In this document: piece after piece, positions 51,350 through 63,530 of the stretch
How the letters are laid out: every line of letters starts with the position of its first letter
Position numbering within the stretch: the first letter of the stretch is position 1
Assembly: GCF_004010195.1 (NCBI RefSeq)
Contig: NC_057731.1
Location: 17,946,720 to 18,010,457, forward strand
Length of the DNA stretch: 63,738 nucleotides
DNA from: Chiloscyllium plagiosum
Lineage: Eukaryota
Direction: 5' to 3'
Position numbers and translations under genes: made by a program
Notes under the pieces: generated by a model
The model's input: the letters and a program-made list of their open reading frames with translations, nothing else
What the model was told of the DNA's origin: nothing
Database searches by the model: none

Positions 51350-52630
51350 TATAGGGATTAGGGATAGTCAGCATGGTTTTGTGCAACTGAAATCATGTCT
51401 CACAAACTTGATTTGAGTTTTGTTTGAGGAAGTAACCAAGAAGATTGATGAGGGCAGAGGGATAGGTGTTGTTTACTTTGACTTTAGTAAAGTCTTTGAC
51501 AAGGTTCCATATGGTAGACTAATTAGTAATGTGAGATCACATGGGATTGAGGGTGATCTTGCCAATTGGATACAAAATTGGCTTATAGGCAGGAGACAGA
51601 GAGTAACAGTGGAGGGTTGTTTTTCGGACTGGAGTCCTGTTACCAGCGGTGTTCCACAGTGATCGGTACTGGGCCCACTTTTGTTTGTCATTTGAACAGA
51701 TGATTTAGATGAGAACATAGAAAGCATCATTAGTTGGTTTGCGAATGACACCAAAATTGGTGGGCAGTGAAGAAGGTCATCTAAGATTACAAAGAGATTT
51801 TGATCAATTGGGTCATTGGGCTATGGAGTGGTAAATGGAGTTTAATTTGGATAAATGCGAAGTATTGTATTCTGGAAAAGCAAACAAGGGCAAGACTTGG
51901 TCAGTTAAAAGTAGGGCCTTGTAGAACACAGAGACATAAGGGTTCAGGTACATAATTCTTTGAAGTTTGCGTCACATGTAGACAAGGTGGTTAAGAAGAT
52001 GTTTAGCGTGCTTGCCTTCATTTCCCAGACCTTTGACTGTATGTGTTGAGATGTCATATTGAGGTTGTACAGGATGTTAGCGAGGCCTCTTCTGGAACAC
52101 TGTGTCCAGTTCTAGTTGCCTTTATAGGAAGGATGTTATTAAGCTGGAGAGGGTTCAGAAAAGATCGACCAGGATGTTGCTGGGAATGGAGGGTTGATTA
52201 TAAGAAGATGCTGGATGAGCTGGGACATTTTTCTCCTGGACTGTGGGAGGTTGAGGGGTGACCCTTAGAGAGGCTTTTAAAATCATAGAAGCATAGATAA
52301 GGTGGATGGCAAATGTCTTTTCCTTAGGGTTGGGTGTTCAAGACAAGAGGGCATTGGATTAAGGTGAAAGGGAAAAGTTGTAAAAGAGGCAACCCGATAG
52401 ACAACTTTTCCACACAGACAGTGGTGCATACATGGAGTGAACTTCCAGAGGAAGTGGCAAACGCAAGTAGTCATAACATTTAAAAGACATTTGACTAAGT
52501 ACATAAATAAGAAACATTTGGAGTGGATCTGGGCCCAGCGCAGGCAGATGGGACTAGTTTATTTTTGGATAATGGTCAGTGTGGACTGTTTGGACCAAAG
52601 GGTCTGTTTCAGTCCTGTATGACACTATGG
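51350..52630 (+). mobile_element. CR1 LINE RT-3' fragment
   Basis: YFDFSKVFDKVPYGRL, WSPVTSGVPQ, FANDTKIG; 3' UTR. Confidence 0.9.
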
Positions 52631-53305
52631 TGCTCTTACTAGGTGCAAGAAATTAAACAAGCGATACATGCTGTGATGTGAATGTGTACAGGGGTTTAAG
52701 ATAAGCCCACACTTTACTTTGGCTGTTGAAGAGAAATCATAGTGGTGACCAATGTTACCTACAGCAACAATGTACACTTATACTCTGGTTATAGCTCAAA
52801 ACCATTTTTGAAGGATATTTTTGAGGCTTCAAACGTAATCCAATGCTATGGTAAATATGAGTTCTTTTCCCCCAAGTTTAAACTTTGGAATAATAGAGCC
52901 AATTCTTTCTATGTTATGCTCCAAATATAGCCTTGCATAAAATTGGACAGGTCTCCAAATAACTGTACTGTGTGATTCTTTAGTGTGTGTGCTTGGAAGA
53001 GACATTGCAATTCAAATTGAAGTTAGATGGATGTTGAATGGTGTCATCTGTTCTACTCAAATAGTTCTTCAGACGAACATCTCCTACTGCTTGTTGGTCT
53101 GTTGTATTTAAATTATGTTTGATCAGGAAATTTAGTCAATAATTTAACCTATCAGGTTCCTCATGTATAATGAGTTTTAGCAGCACTGATTGTGTTTTTG
53201 CAATTAATTAACTAGGCTATTGTACCAGTGGTGCAATGTGAGCGCAGATTGCGACATTAAAAATCATACAACACCAGATTATAGTGCAACAGGTTTATTT
53301 ATAAG

Positions 53306-53340
53306 CACTAGCTTTCGGAGCGCTGCTCCTTCATCAGGTG
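53306..53340 (-). ncRNA. Minimal hammerhead ribozyme (family B, intact)
   Basis: rc = CAC CUGAUGA A GGAGC AGC GCUCC GAA AGCU A GUG: stem I CAC/GUG, stem II 5 bp, palindromic AGCU in place of stem III, CUA cleavage triplet. Confidence 0.78.
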
Positions 53341-53349
53341 GTTGTCAAT

Positions 53350-53384
53350 CACCTGATGAAGGAGCAGCACTCCGAAAGCTAGTG
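53350..53384 (+). ncRNA. Minimal hammerhead ribozyme (family B, core intact)
   Basis: CAC CUGAUGA A GGAG CAGCA CUCC GAA AGCU A GUG. Confidence 0.75.
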
Positions 53385-54834
53385 CTTCCAAATAAACCTG
53401 TTGGACTATAATCTGGTGTTGTGTGATTTTTAACCTTGTGCACTCCAATCCAATATCGGCACCTCCAAATGCAGATTACGACATAAGTGGGTGTAATGGT
53501 GTGGAATTCTCAGTTTTCAGGAGCCAGGATAAAGTGAACTTTGATTTCAAACTCAGTCATTATAGTGTTAACAAACCAGAAGTTACTTGAGCTTCTTTAA
53601 TCTCTTTTTTTTCAGAGATAGAGTTTGCAGTTTCAGTTTGTTCAAGTGCAGTAATTGGTAATTGTTTTGTACTTGTGACTAACACTTAGATTTTATGTGA
53701 CCAAGAAATGTTTTGAACCTGTCCAACTTAACATTTAAGGTCTGAATCATACAATTTCAACTTTGACCAGTTTAGTCTTTGAAATTGATAAAACCTATCC
53801 TGAACATAAGAATTGTCATTACCATAGCTTTGTTGTGCCTGGGTTTTAAAAGAAGTAGAGGGAAAATATAGGAGATGCCCTAACTATAAGTTCCCAAATT
53901 TATCTTGATTTATGAATCTCGCTTCTGGATTTTAAAAAATGGAGCATGTTACTCTGTTATTGAAGAAAACAAAAACCCAGAGTTTATAGGCCAGATAGCT
54001 TGGCATCTGCCAGAGTGAAATTACAAAGATCTATAATTACAGATTGACTGACTGAACGTAATGAAAAGTTTGGAGAGCCAGCATGGATTTGAAAAAGATA
54101 GTTCACGCCTGATGAACCTGATTGAATCTTTTGGAGATGTGTAACATTTTTGGATTGCTTAATTCTATAATTATATATAGAAGAGCATGCACAGATACTT
54201 TATAAATAGATTTCCAGATCACTTAATATCCTTCATAAGGAACTGTTGGCTGTAGTTAAAATGTGTGGAAAAATATTGACCAGGTTAAGAATAAGTTCCT
54301 GGATTATCTGAAGGGACAGAAATTGTGTCAAAGGTTCATTATATATTAATTAACTGGAATGGAAAAGAAGAAACAGAATTGAGTGACAAACAAAACAATG
54401 ATACATTCAAGCTTTTAGGTTACTTCATTTCTCAATTCAATAAAGCAAGACAGTATCTTGCCCGAGGTCTGTGAATAGAAGTTCTGGTCTGATATTGAAA
54501 TTCAGAAATAGAGTCAATATTGCATCTGGGTCAATGTTTAAATGAGTGCATTTGCAACAGCATTGATTTTTTAACCTTTCTTGGTGAGCATATTTCCTGA
54601 CAAATTATTTTGCAATGTAGTTTTTGGTGTTATATGAAACAATTCGGTGTTGTTATTTGGATCTAAAAGGGTTAATAGTGAAGCATCGGGATGATGTCAA
54701 ATGTTCTTTGGGGTCGAACATCTGGGATCTCTGAGGAGTGGGATCTAACATCTGGCCCTCATCAAAATCTCTGACCATTTGTATTAAATCAATGTAACCT
54801 GTAACAATTTCCTAACATACAAAAACTATATCAC

Positions 54835-55843
54835 AGCAGGAGGGAGTGCAAGGATCAGTGCTGGGTCCACTGCTTTTTGTCTTTTATACAAATTATTTCG
54901 ATGTGAATATAGGAGGTATGGTTAGTAAGCTTGGAGATGACACAAATATTGGAGGTGTAGTGAACAGCGAAGAAGGTTATCTCAAAGTACAATGGACCTT
55001 GTTCAGATAGACCGAAGAGCCAAGGAGTGGGAGATGGAGTTTAATTCAGATAAATGTGAGGTGCTGAATGTTGGAAAGACAAATCAAAGCAGGACACATA
55101 TACTTCCTGGTAAGGTCCTGGGGAGTGTTGCTGAACAAAGAGACCTTAGAGTGAAGGTTCATAGTTCCTTGAAAATGGAGTTGCAGGTAGATAGGGTAGT
55201 GAAGAAGAGGTTTTGTATGCTCGCCTTTATTGATCGGAATATTGAGTATAGGAATTGGCAGATCATGTTGTGGCTGTACATGACATTGGTTAGGCCACTT
55301 TTGGAATACTGCATCCAATTCAGTCTCCCTGCTATAGAAAATATATTGTTAAACCTGTCAGGGTTCCAAAAAGATTTACAAGGATGTTGTCAGGGTTGGG
55401 GGGCTTGAGCTATAGGGACAGGTTGAATAGTCTGGACTTATTTTCCCTGAAGCGTCGGAGTCAGAAGGGTGATACTATGGAAGTTTATAAAATCATGAGG
55501 GAATGGATAGAATGAATAGTCAAGGTCTTTTCCCCAGGATAGGGGCGTCCTAAACTATAGGGCATAGATTAAGATGAGAGGGGAAATATTTAAAAAGGGC
55601 CTGAGAGGCAACTTTTTCACACAGAGGATGTTGCATTTATGGAATGAACCACCAGAGGAATTGGTGGAGGCTGGTTTAATTATAACATTTAAAAGGCATC
55701 TGGAAAGTTATATGAATAAGAAGAGCTCAGAGAGACATCGGCCCAATGATGGGAAGTTGGACTAGATTAATTTAGGATATCTGGTCAGCATGGACGAGTT
55801 GGACCAAAGGGTCTGTTTCCATGCTGTACATCTCTATGACTCT
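54835..55843 (+). mobile_element. CR1 LINE 3' fragment
   Basis: QGSVLGPLLF, GDDTNIGG, WEMEFNSDKCEVL, LVRPLLEYCIQF; 3' tail ctatgactc. Confidence 0.9.
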
Positions 55844-56312
55844 AAGTGAATTGAATAATCTTTACTATTGTCCTGTTCTGTCTATAATAGAAATTTTTCA
55901 CATTTTCTTTTACCTTCTTAAAATAGGCAGCGGCATGTTTCACCAAACTCTATTTGTCATGTACAATTTAAAAATAACGCACAACAAATCTCTCAGGGTG
56001 TAAACAAAGTAGGATTTAATAATTCATTCAAAGCCTGCTGAACACAGGTTCACATATATACAGCCAAGAATGGAAAGAAATCACAAAATTCTGAAATAAT
56101 TAGAAAACCAGAAGTATTGATATAAGTTCATGTGATTTTGTGTCCAGTAATTAATGTCAAATGGAGGTCCTTTTCTCACTTGGCAGTGTACAGATGTCCA
56201 TCTTAGTTCAAGGTGCAACCATTTAAAAGTTGGAATTTGCTGACAAAATACATGGTTCTTTCTAAAAATCAGACATGAAGCAGATTGAGATCAGAGGCAT
56301 GGAGTTAGCATA

Positions 56313-56498
56313 GTAGATAGGGTAGTGAGGAAGGGGTTTGGTATGCTCACCTTTATTGGTCAGAGCATTGAATATAGGAGTTGGCAGATCATTTTGTGGC
56401 TGTACATGACATTGGTTAGGCTACTTTGCAATACTGAATCCAATTCAGTCTCCCTGCTATAGGAAAGATGTTGTTAAACCTGTCGGGGTTCCAAAAAG
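56313..56498 (+). repeat. Local copy of CR1 segment 55187-55373
   Basis: Shares distinctive variants with 55187-55373 (ttggcagatcat, gtacatgac, caattcagtctcc, aaacctgtc). Confidence 0.8.
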
Positions 56499-57369
56499 CG
56501 TAGACTAAGTCTCATCTTGTGTAATAGTCAATGCTGTATAATTAAAGCTGTTCACAACCCAATCATTTCAATCACCTGATTGGAATTTCAGGTTGAGCCA
56601 CCTCAGTCAAAGGATTTCTTTGGCCCCTCGACAAAACCCATTGTATGTCGCAGAAGGAAATTGAGGGACTGTTAGTACCAAATCAAGCAAAAAGAGTTTT
56701 GATGTCTTTCTTTCAAAGCATTCTAGCAGGAAACACAGCTTATGGTGACACCAACAGCACCAAACTTAATTTGGTTGCCAGGTAATCCTAGAGTCTCCAT
56801 TACCCTTTTTACCTCAGTATCTAACAGCCCATGACCCAGGTAGTGACCATCATATTCAACTTTTCCTCCAAATGTCCTCCCTCGGTTCCAATATTACACT
56901 TCAATTTCACTCACCCCGTTCATTTCCGCTCCTTCTGTGGAAGCCATGGTAGTGGTCACTGCCAATAATCCCCTGTCACATGGTCCATTCGTCCTTCCAT
57001 GCTGTTCTTCTTAAACCCTCCTGACCCCCGCCATGGCCTTGTCCACACTTCAATGCATGCAACTGAGTACTGCCCCCAGCTTTGAATCTGCCCCACCCCT
57101 TGTAATAGGCGAGAACCCTCTCCCCCAGCAATCAGATGCCTAACTGTTGTAGTTGCAGATCCCCAGTTGATGATACACAATTGTCCTGATTGTTGCTGCT
57201 GCTGTTGGCCCTCCAGGACTGCCAGTTGGCCACCGTTCAGACTGTGGTGGGCTATATCCTCTGACCATGAGGGGTCCAAGCGGGTGAATGATCATGATGG
57301 AACAACTGGACTCTGTGTCCAAGACTGACATTATCAGGATCTTGTGACCCTCAGTGGCACCCCCTCTTG

Positions 57370-58335
57370 ACTGAACAGCACAGAAACATCTCCTTTGGCC
57401 CACCAAGACTAAACTAACAGATGATGTCTTTCTAAATCCGCTTTTGCCTCTATATAGTCTGATTCCCTCTATTCCCTGTGTATTCATGTATCTGTCAAGA
57501 TGCTTCTTAAACATTGTTGTTGCCTCCACTTCCATTACCGTTTCTGGCAGGGCATTCCAGGCACTTATCACTCTCTGTATAAAAAACCTTGTCTCACACA
57601 TCGCCTTTAAACTTATATCTTTTTACTTTAAACCTATGTTTCCAAGTAATTGACATTTCTACGCTGGAAAGAAGACTCCACTATCCATTCTATCCAAGCC
57701 TCTCATAATTCTGTAAACTTGCTTCCGGTCGACCCTCCACTCTATCCTTCGACATTCACGTGAAAACAATCCAAGTTTGTCCAATTTCTACTCATAGACA
57801 ACACCCTCCAAACCAAGCAGCATCTGCACCCTTTCCAAGTCCTCCACATCCTTCTGGTATTGTGACAATCAGAACTAGCTGCAATACTCCAAGTGTGGCC
57901 TAACTAAAGTTCTATACAGCTGCACATGACTTGCCTATTTTTGCACTCTGTGCCCTGACAGATGCTATATATCTTCTTGACCGCCTTATCCACTCGTGTT
58001 GCCACTTTCAGAGAACTGTAAACCTGTGCCCTTGTACTCCACTGTATGTTGATGTTACTAAGAGTACTGCCATCTACTGTATACTTCCACCCTGCATTAG
58101 ATCTTCCACAATGCATCACTTTGCATTTGTTGGAATCAAACTCCATTTGCCATTTTCCTGCCCAACCCTCCAGTTTATCTGTATCCTGTTGCATCCTTTG
58201 GCAATCCTCCTCACTAGATGCAGCTCCTCCAATCTTTATGCCATCCACAAACTTACTAATCAGATCACCTACATTCTCCTCCAAATCATTTAAAGATATC
58301 AAAAACACCAGAGCTGCTAGCACTGATGCCTGGAC
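57370..58335 (-). mobile_element. CR1 LINE 3' fragment
   Basis: ISKFVDGIKIGG, WQMEFDSNKCKVMH, FFIQRVISAWNALP. Confidence 0.85.
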
Positions 58336-58857
58336 TAGAGTGAGGCTTAGACCCCACCCAGTTTCTGGCATAGCAATTTGATTGAATGAACATGCAGCGA
58401 GCTTGCTGGCACATACTGTTAGTGTTAGTTTGAAGTCGTGGTATACTGTATATCAGACAGATTCCTGCTGACAAACACAACAAGCATCCTGTCTGTGTGT
58501 CTGTGCAAAAAAACATGTCACTATGACAGCACTTTATAACCTTTAGTCTCTGGCTAAAACATCCATGCTATAACAGCATAGCAAGGCATGGATGCTGTGA
58601 ACATGCAGGTAGGTGCTAAGTGAGCGAGTGCTAAGAGAGCAAATGAGCAGCCCTGATATAAAACCTGGTCCAATCCTTGAGCTGGATGCTTGCCCCTCAG
58701 TGCAAAGTGTTTTCATAGCAGCCTTGTCAGCACTGGTTGTCAGTACGTCCTGCCTGCAATTCAAGTCTATACTTCACGAACATCTTGCAGATGCATTTGG
58801 GAGGCGCTATGAGGATTCTGAGGGGTTGACAGGTTGTGCTGAGTAATGTGGAGGATG

Positions 58858-58947
58858 CTGAAAATGTGTTGCTGGTAAAGCACAGCAGGTCAGGCAGCAT
58901 CCAAGGAACAGGAGAATCGACGTTTCGGGCATAAGCCCTTCATCAGG
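58858..58947 (-). mobile_element. Penelope-like family A insertion
   Basis: TSD aatgtggaggatg at 58845-58857 and 58948-58960. Confidence 0.85.
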
Positions 58948-58950
58948 AAT
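58914..58950 (-). ncRNA. Minimal hammerhead ribozyme (family A, intact core)
   Basis: rc = AUUC CUGAUGA A GGGC UUAU GCCC GAA ACGU C GAUUC; palindrome ACGU, GUC cleavage triplet, short stem I. Confidence 0.7.
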
Positions 58951-59499
58951 GTGGAGGATGTTCACTGCTGAAGCTGCCAGGTACCTGTTCAGACTTCCAT
59001 ATTGAGAATTCTTAGCATCTAGGATTCTTGCAGAGGTGGTAGGATAGGAAACCATGTGTTGAAGAGATGAGCTGTGCAATTAATAATGTCAACAATCTGT
59101 ATCCCTTATTAGGCAACTCACTGCTCCCTAGGGAGAACCTCGCCTCAACATGTGGAACTTGCTTAAAGTTGCTGCTGACATTGACACAGAGTCCTGACCA
59201 GAGTCCTGGCTTGATTCTGCCCTATTTCCCACCATAGCCAATGCTGTTCAGGCCGTTGCAAGATTCCAGCCATTGTCTGAGTTTCCTTTGTTTCTGGCCT
59301 GACTAGATCTTCAAATGGGACATGTGGGACATTATTTGTTTGGTTCTAATCTGTTAATTGTTGAAAATTTCTAAAAGTAGCCGACTTGACCATACTGCTT
59401 TCAGTCCCAACTATTTTCGATTCAGCAATAATTCACTTTTAAAAACAGTGCATTTAAATAATATAATGTAGACTTCAAAAATTTAAGATCTTCCTCTTC

Positions 59500-60067
59500 T
59501 TTAAGATAAAACAAAGACGTATGGATGCTGAAAATCTGAATCAGAAGAAGAAATTGCTGGAGAAACTCAACAGGTGTGGCAGCATCTGTGGAGAGAAAAA
59601 CAGAATTATCATTTTGAGTCCAGTGACCCTTCTTCAGAAAAAGGTCTCAATGTTTCCTCTGCACAAATGCTGCCAGATTGCCGAGTTTCTCTAGTAAGTG
59701 GAGATGATGGCCCAGTGGTATCATTGCAAGACTATTAGTCCAGAGACCCAGATAATGTTTTGAGGACCCAGATTCGAATCCTGCCATGGTAGATGGTGGA
59801 GTTTAAATTCAATAAAACAAATAAGAGCCTAATGATGACCATGACTCCAATGTCAATTGTTGGGAAAAAACCATCTGATTCACTAATGCCCTTTTAGGGA
59901 AGGAAATCTGCCATACTTACCTGGTCTGGCCTACATGTGACTCCAGACCCACAGCGATGTAATTGACTCTCAACTGCCTCTGGGCAATTAGGCTTGGGCA
60001 ACAAATGCTGTTCTAGTCAGCGACGTCCCTGAATTGTGAATGAATAAAAAAATTCTGTTTTTGTTTC
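59500..60067. mobile_element. Penelope-like family C inverted element with a nested SINE
   Basis: TSD atctt(c/t)ctcttc at 59488-59499 and 60068-60079; degenerate core rc ctgaagaagggtcactggactcaaaa at ~59612-59637. Confidence 0.7.
59699..60050 (+). mobile_element. tRNA-derived SINE with LINE-derived 3' tail (family name uncertain)
   Basis: A box tggcccagtgg and B box gattcgaatcc; the tail gggcaacaaatgctg...gaatgaataaaaaa is similar to the LINE end at 44455-44520. Confidence 0.75.
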
Positions 60068-61183
60068 ATCTTTCTCTTCACGCCTTCTGGACAAAAAAAT
60101 TCACCTTGTTGTCCACAAGAGGCTCTTCTAGTTGGACTAGGAAATGGTTTCCTTGCATCAAATTAGATGAGGCAGGCCCTTTACTTTTCTACACTGAAGG
60201 AGGATGGTGGCAGCAACCTTCATCAAGAACAACAGCTCATACAGCGCAGTGAGCAAACCCTTCCCATGTAACAATCCCAATCATGAACGTCTCCTCAGTT
60301 CAGCCTTCGATTTGGAACAGGAAAGGTTCCACTTGCCTGTTCCATTGGTTCAGGCAGGCATTAACAATCCCATGGCACTTTTCTGTCAACAAGTACAGAT
60401 TTCTCCCTGTGTTCTGGATGGCATTTCTTCCTCAAGGAACAACAATAAAATCGTAAAGAACAGCACTTTTTCCACTTCAAAATTAATTAACTATATGAGA
60501 AGTGCTTTGCGATGTTTTTGAGCAATATGGTGAAGTACTTTACAGGTGGAATCCTTTCATTTCAAGCATTTACTCAGGGGGTTGAATGAACTCTACACTA
60601 CACTCCTTTCAGAATTAAGTGCTACAGTCTCTTATAAATTACAGCGGAATGTCCACTTTGCTGCAGATATTTCTAGACACATCTGTCTTACAATAGTTTC
60701 CACTCTATCTTTGGATTTTCAATTGAATAATCTTTTCATAGTGTTTTGGAAGGAAGTAAACAAGGTCATTAATCTACACTATGGATGAGGTGTCTCCTAC
60801 TACAATAAATTTTGCTCGGAAAGGGCACTAAGTATTCGAGAGCAAAGTTTATTTTATGTTTTGTTTTAACATTTTCAGTGCTGAATTTCTTTCTTTTTCT
60901 CAATGTTTTCATAAAGCCTAAAAAAAAGAGCTCTTTATGAAAGTTAGACACACATTTCACATAGACTGCATGTTATTTCAGATTTGGATGTTAACCATAA
61001 TATGATGGGGTACTGTAATAATTAGTGGACAATGCTAACAGGTCATTTGGAACCAGGACTTGAGTTTGCAGTTTCCAATATTGCCTCTCCTACCCTCTCT
61101 TGTGTTATGTTCAATAAAGCCATTTGATGTTCATTAATCTGAGTGTCAACCTTCCACATCCACCTGGACCTAATCTCACTGAT

Positions 61184-61297
61184 TCTGGATTAGCGGTGCT
61201 GGAACAGTACAGGCAATCGGATGCTGCCTGTACTGCTGTGCTCTTCCAGCACCATTAATCCAGAATCTGGTTCCCAGCATCTGCGGTCATTGTTTTT
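61184..61297. mobile_element. Penelope-like family A foldback fragment (no ribozyme core)
   Basis: 16-bp TSD acctaatctcactgat at 61168-61183 and 61298-61313; inverted arms gattctggattag.../...taatccagaatc. Confidence 0.8.
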
Positions 61298-62442
61298 ACC
61301 TAATCTCACTGATGACAATGGTTTACCTTCCCCCTTTTGGGAGAACTCCCAACCAGTTAAGTTACTTTACATAGAAAAACTTTGGGACATTTACGCAGTT
61401 AAATAGGTTTGGGTGTGTGAATGTGGAGATGGGGAACATGGTGAGGTAACTGGGCAAGGGATAAGGTGATAAATGGGTAGTGTGGTTGGGTGTATCTTTC
61501 AAAGTAAATGCATTCGAACCATCTGACTCAGAGTTGTGCACTTTTTTGGAGTGTCCTAGACAGCATAGGGATTGTCCACTGAAACTTCAGGTGTCCTGGT
61601 CAATTTCCACTGAGGCACTGCGATGGGACTTGAATGGGGACTGACATCCTTCTCTGATTATACTTCTGGTCTGTGACTTCTTGAGACCAGAGGATCTCTG
61701 GTCATTGTTTGAAGTTGGTGATCCTTCATCAGAGCAAGTAAATCTTAGTGGTGCAACCGACTTTAAAGCTTTTTTTAAAGGAGAAGAGGTAAGGAAACAA
61801 AGAGCAAAGAGGTGGATGGCAGGAGAAGTTAAATAACAAAAGGGGTGTGAGTAAACGGCAAAGACCTATTGTAATAGGACAAGTGAAGAAATAAAAATTA
61901 GAAGAGGCGTAAGCAAATCATCAATGACATCCAAACAGAAAAGGGGGAGCAGTTGTGACCTTGAACTTCCCAAGGCTTCTCTCTCAGCACCTTCTAAACC
62001 CATGACCAGTGTAACCTAGAAGGACAAGAGCAGCAGACACACGGCAAAACGATCACATGCAAGCTCCACTCCAAGTCCACACAACTAAGCCATCATTCCT
62101 TCTCTGTCCTTGGATCAAACTCCTGGAACTCCCTCCCTAATAGTATGATAGGCATCCCTACACTCAAAGCACTGCAGTGATTCAAGGAAGCTGGAATACT
62201 ATGAACAGTTTTGTGCCCTTTATCTAAGGAAAGTTTTATATTGACATTGGGGCAGTCCAGAAAAGATTCTCTGGGTCAGTACGAGGAATCAAGAGACTAC
62301 CTGTCTAATCATGAGCGGTTAAGTAGATTGAGCCTGTACTCATTGGAATATAGAAGAATGAGAGGCAACCTATTGAAACATACAAGATTCTGAAAGGACG
62401 TGGCAGTATGGGCGGCACCGTGTGGGCCGAAAGGACCGTGTT

Positions 62443-62747
62443 GGCGGCACGGTGGCACAGTGGTTAGCACTGCTGCCTCACAGCGCCAGAGACCAGGGTT
62501 CAATTCCCGCCTCAGGCAACTGACTGTGTGGAGTTTGCACGTTCTCCCCGTGTCTGCGTGGGTTTCCTCCGGGTGCTCCGGTTTCCTCCCACCATCCAAA
62601 GATGTGCAGGGTCAGGTGAATTGGCCATACTAAATTGCCTGTAGTGTTAGGTAAGGGGTATGGGTGGGTTTCGCTTCGGCGGGTCGGTGTGGACTTGTTG
62701 GGCCAAAGGGCCTGTTTCCACACTGTAATCTAATCTAATCTAAATCT
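62443..62747 (+). mobile_element. Young HE1-like SINE
   Basis: CpG-rich head ggcggcacggtggcacagtggttagcactgctgcctcacagcgcc...ggttcaattccc; (taatc)n tail. Confidence 0.9.
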
Positions 62748-63002
62748 ATTGATGAAGGTTGTTTCCTCTCGTGGGGAAGTCTAGGACAAAAGGGCATAAT
62801 CTCAGAAAAAAGGATCACACATGTAAGTCACAGATGAGGAAGAATTGTTTCTCTCAGAGGGTTGTGGAATTTGTTGCTGCAAATGGCTGTAGCAATCGGG
62901 TTATTAATTTTATTCAATGCTGAGATGGACAGATCTTTAGTCAGTGAGGGATCAAAAGTATGGACAAAAGCAGGAAAATGGAGTTGAGGGTTATCAGATT
63001 AG

Positions 63003-63133
63003 AGGTAAAAACAATGACTGCAGATGCTGGAAACCAGATTCTGGATTAGTGGTGCTGGAAGAGCACAGCAGTTCAGGCAGCATCCAAGGAGCTTCGAAAT
63101 CGACGTTTCGGGCAAAAACCCTTCATCAGGAAT
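63003..63133 (-). mobile_element. Penelope-like family A element with near-intact hammerhead (63098-63133)
   Basis: rc AUUC CUGAUGA A GGGU UUUU GCCC GAA ACGU C GAUU. Confidence 0.8.
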
Positions 63134-63530
63134 AGTCTTGATCTCATTGATGGTGGAGCAGACCTGATGGGCTGAATGGCTGTTCCTGTGTCTTAGAAAG
63201 CAGCTTGCCAGTAACTTATTTGGGGCAATTTGGGATGAGTAGTAAATGATGACCAGCGGTTGGAAAACTGCTGTGATTTCATGGAAGAGGCTGCAGATGG
63301 TCCAGCTCTGGATGTAGAACACCTGACTTGAGAATGCATTACGACCTTGACATGACGGCTGTGGTCTGGACTGGCTGGCTGGCTAACAGCAAGGACTCTT
63401 ATTGAGAGAGTGAACACTGCCATCCTCAGACAGCACTTCAGTATGTCTCCCGGGAATGACAGCAACAACCCCTCCACACCACCCCCACCATGTCCTCTTT
63501 ATGGCTGTACCTCTGCAGCTCTTGTAATGT

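Larger units (their letters stand above)
53258..53470. mobile_element. Penelope-like family B palindromic mini-element with two hammerheads
   Basis: TSD gcagatt(g/a)cgacat at 53244-53257 and 53471-53484; ~87-bp inverted arms meeting at ~53345. Confidence 0.9.
62190..63195 (+). mobile_element. CR1 3' fragment carrying HE1 and Penelope-like insertions
   Basis: ERLSRLSLYSLEYRRMRGNL; continues after the SINE with RTKGHNLR and a 3' UTR. Confidence 0.75.

Noticed and set aside
62443-62520. tRNA gene (also 3216, 47390, 59699)
   Set aside because: A/B boxes are followed by SINE bodies and LINE-like tails; these are SINE heads
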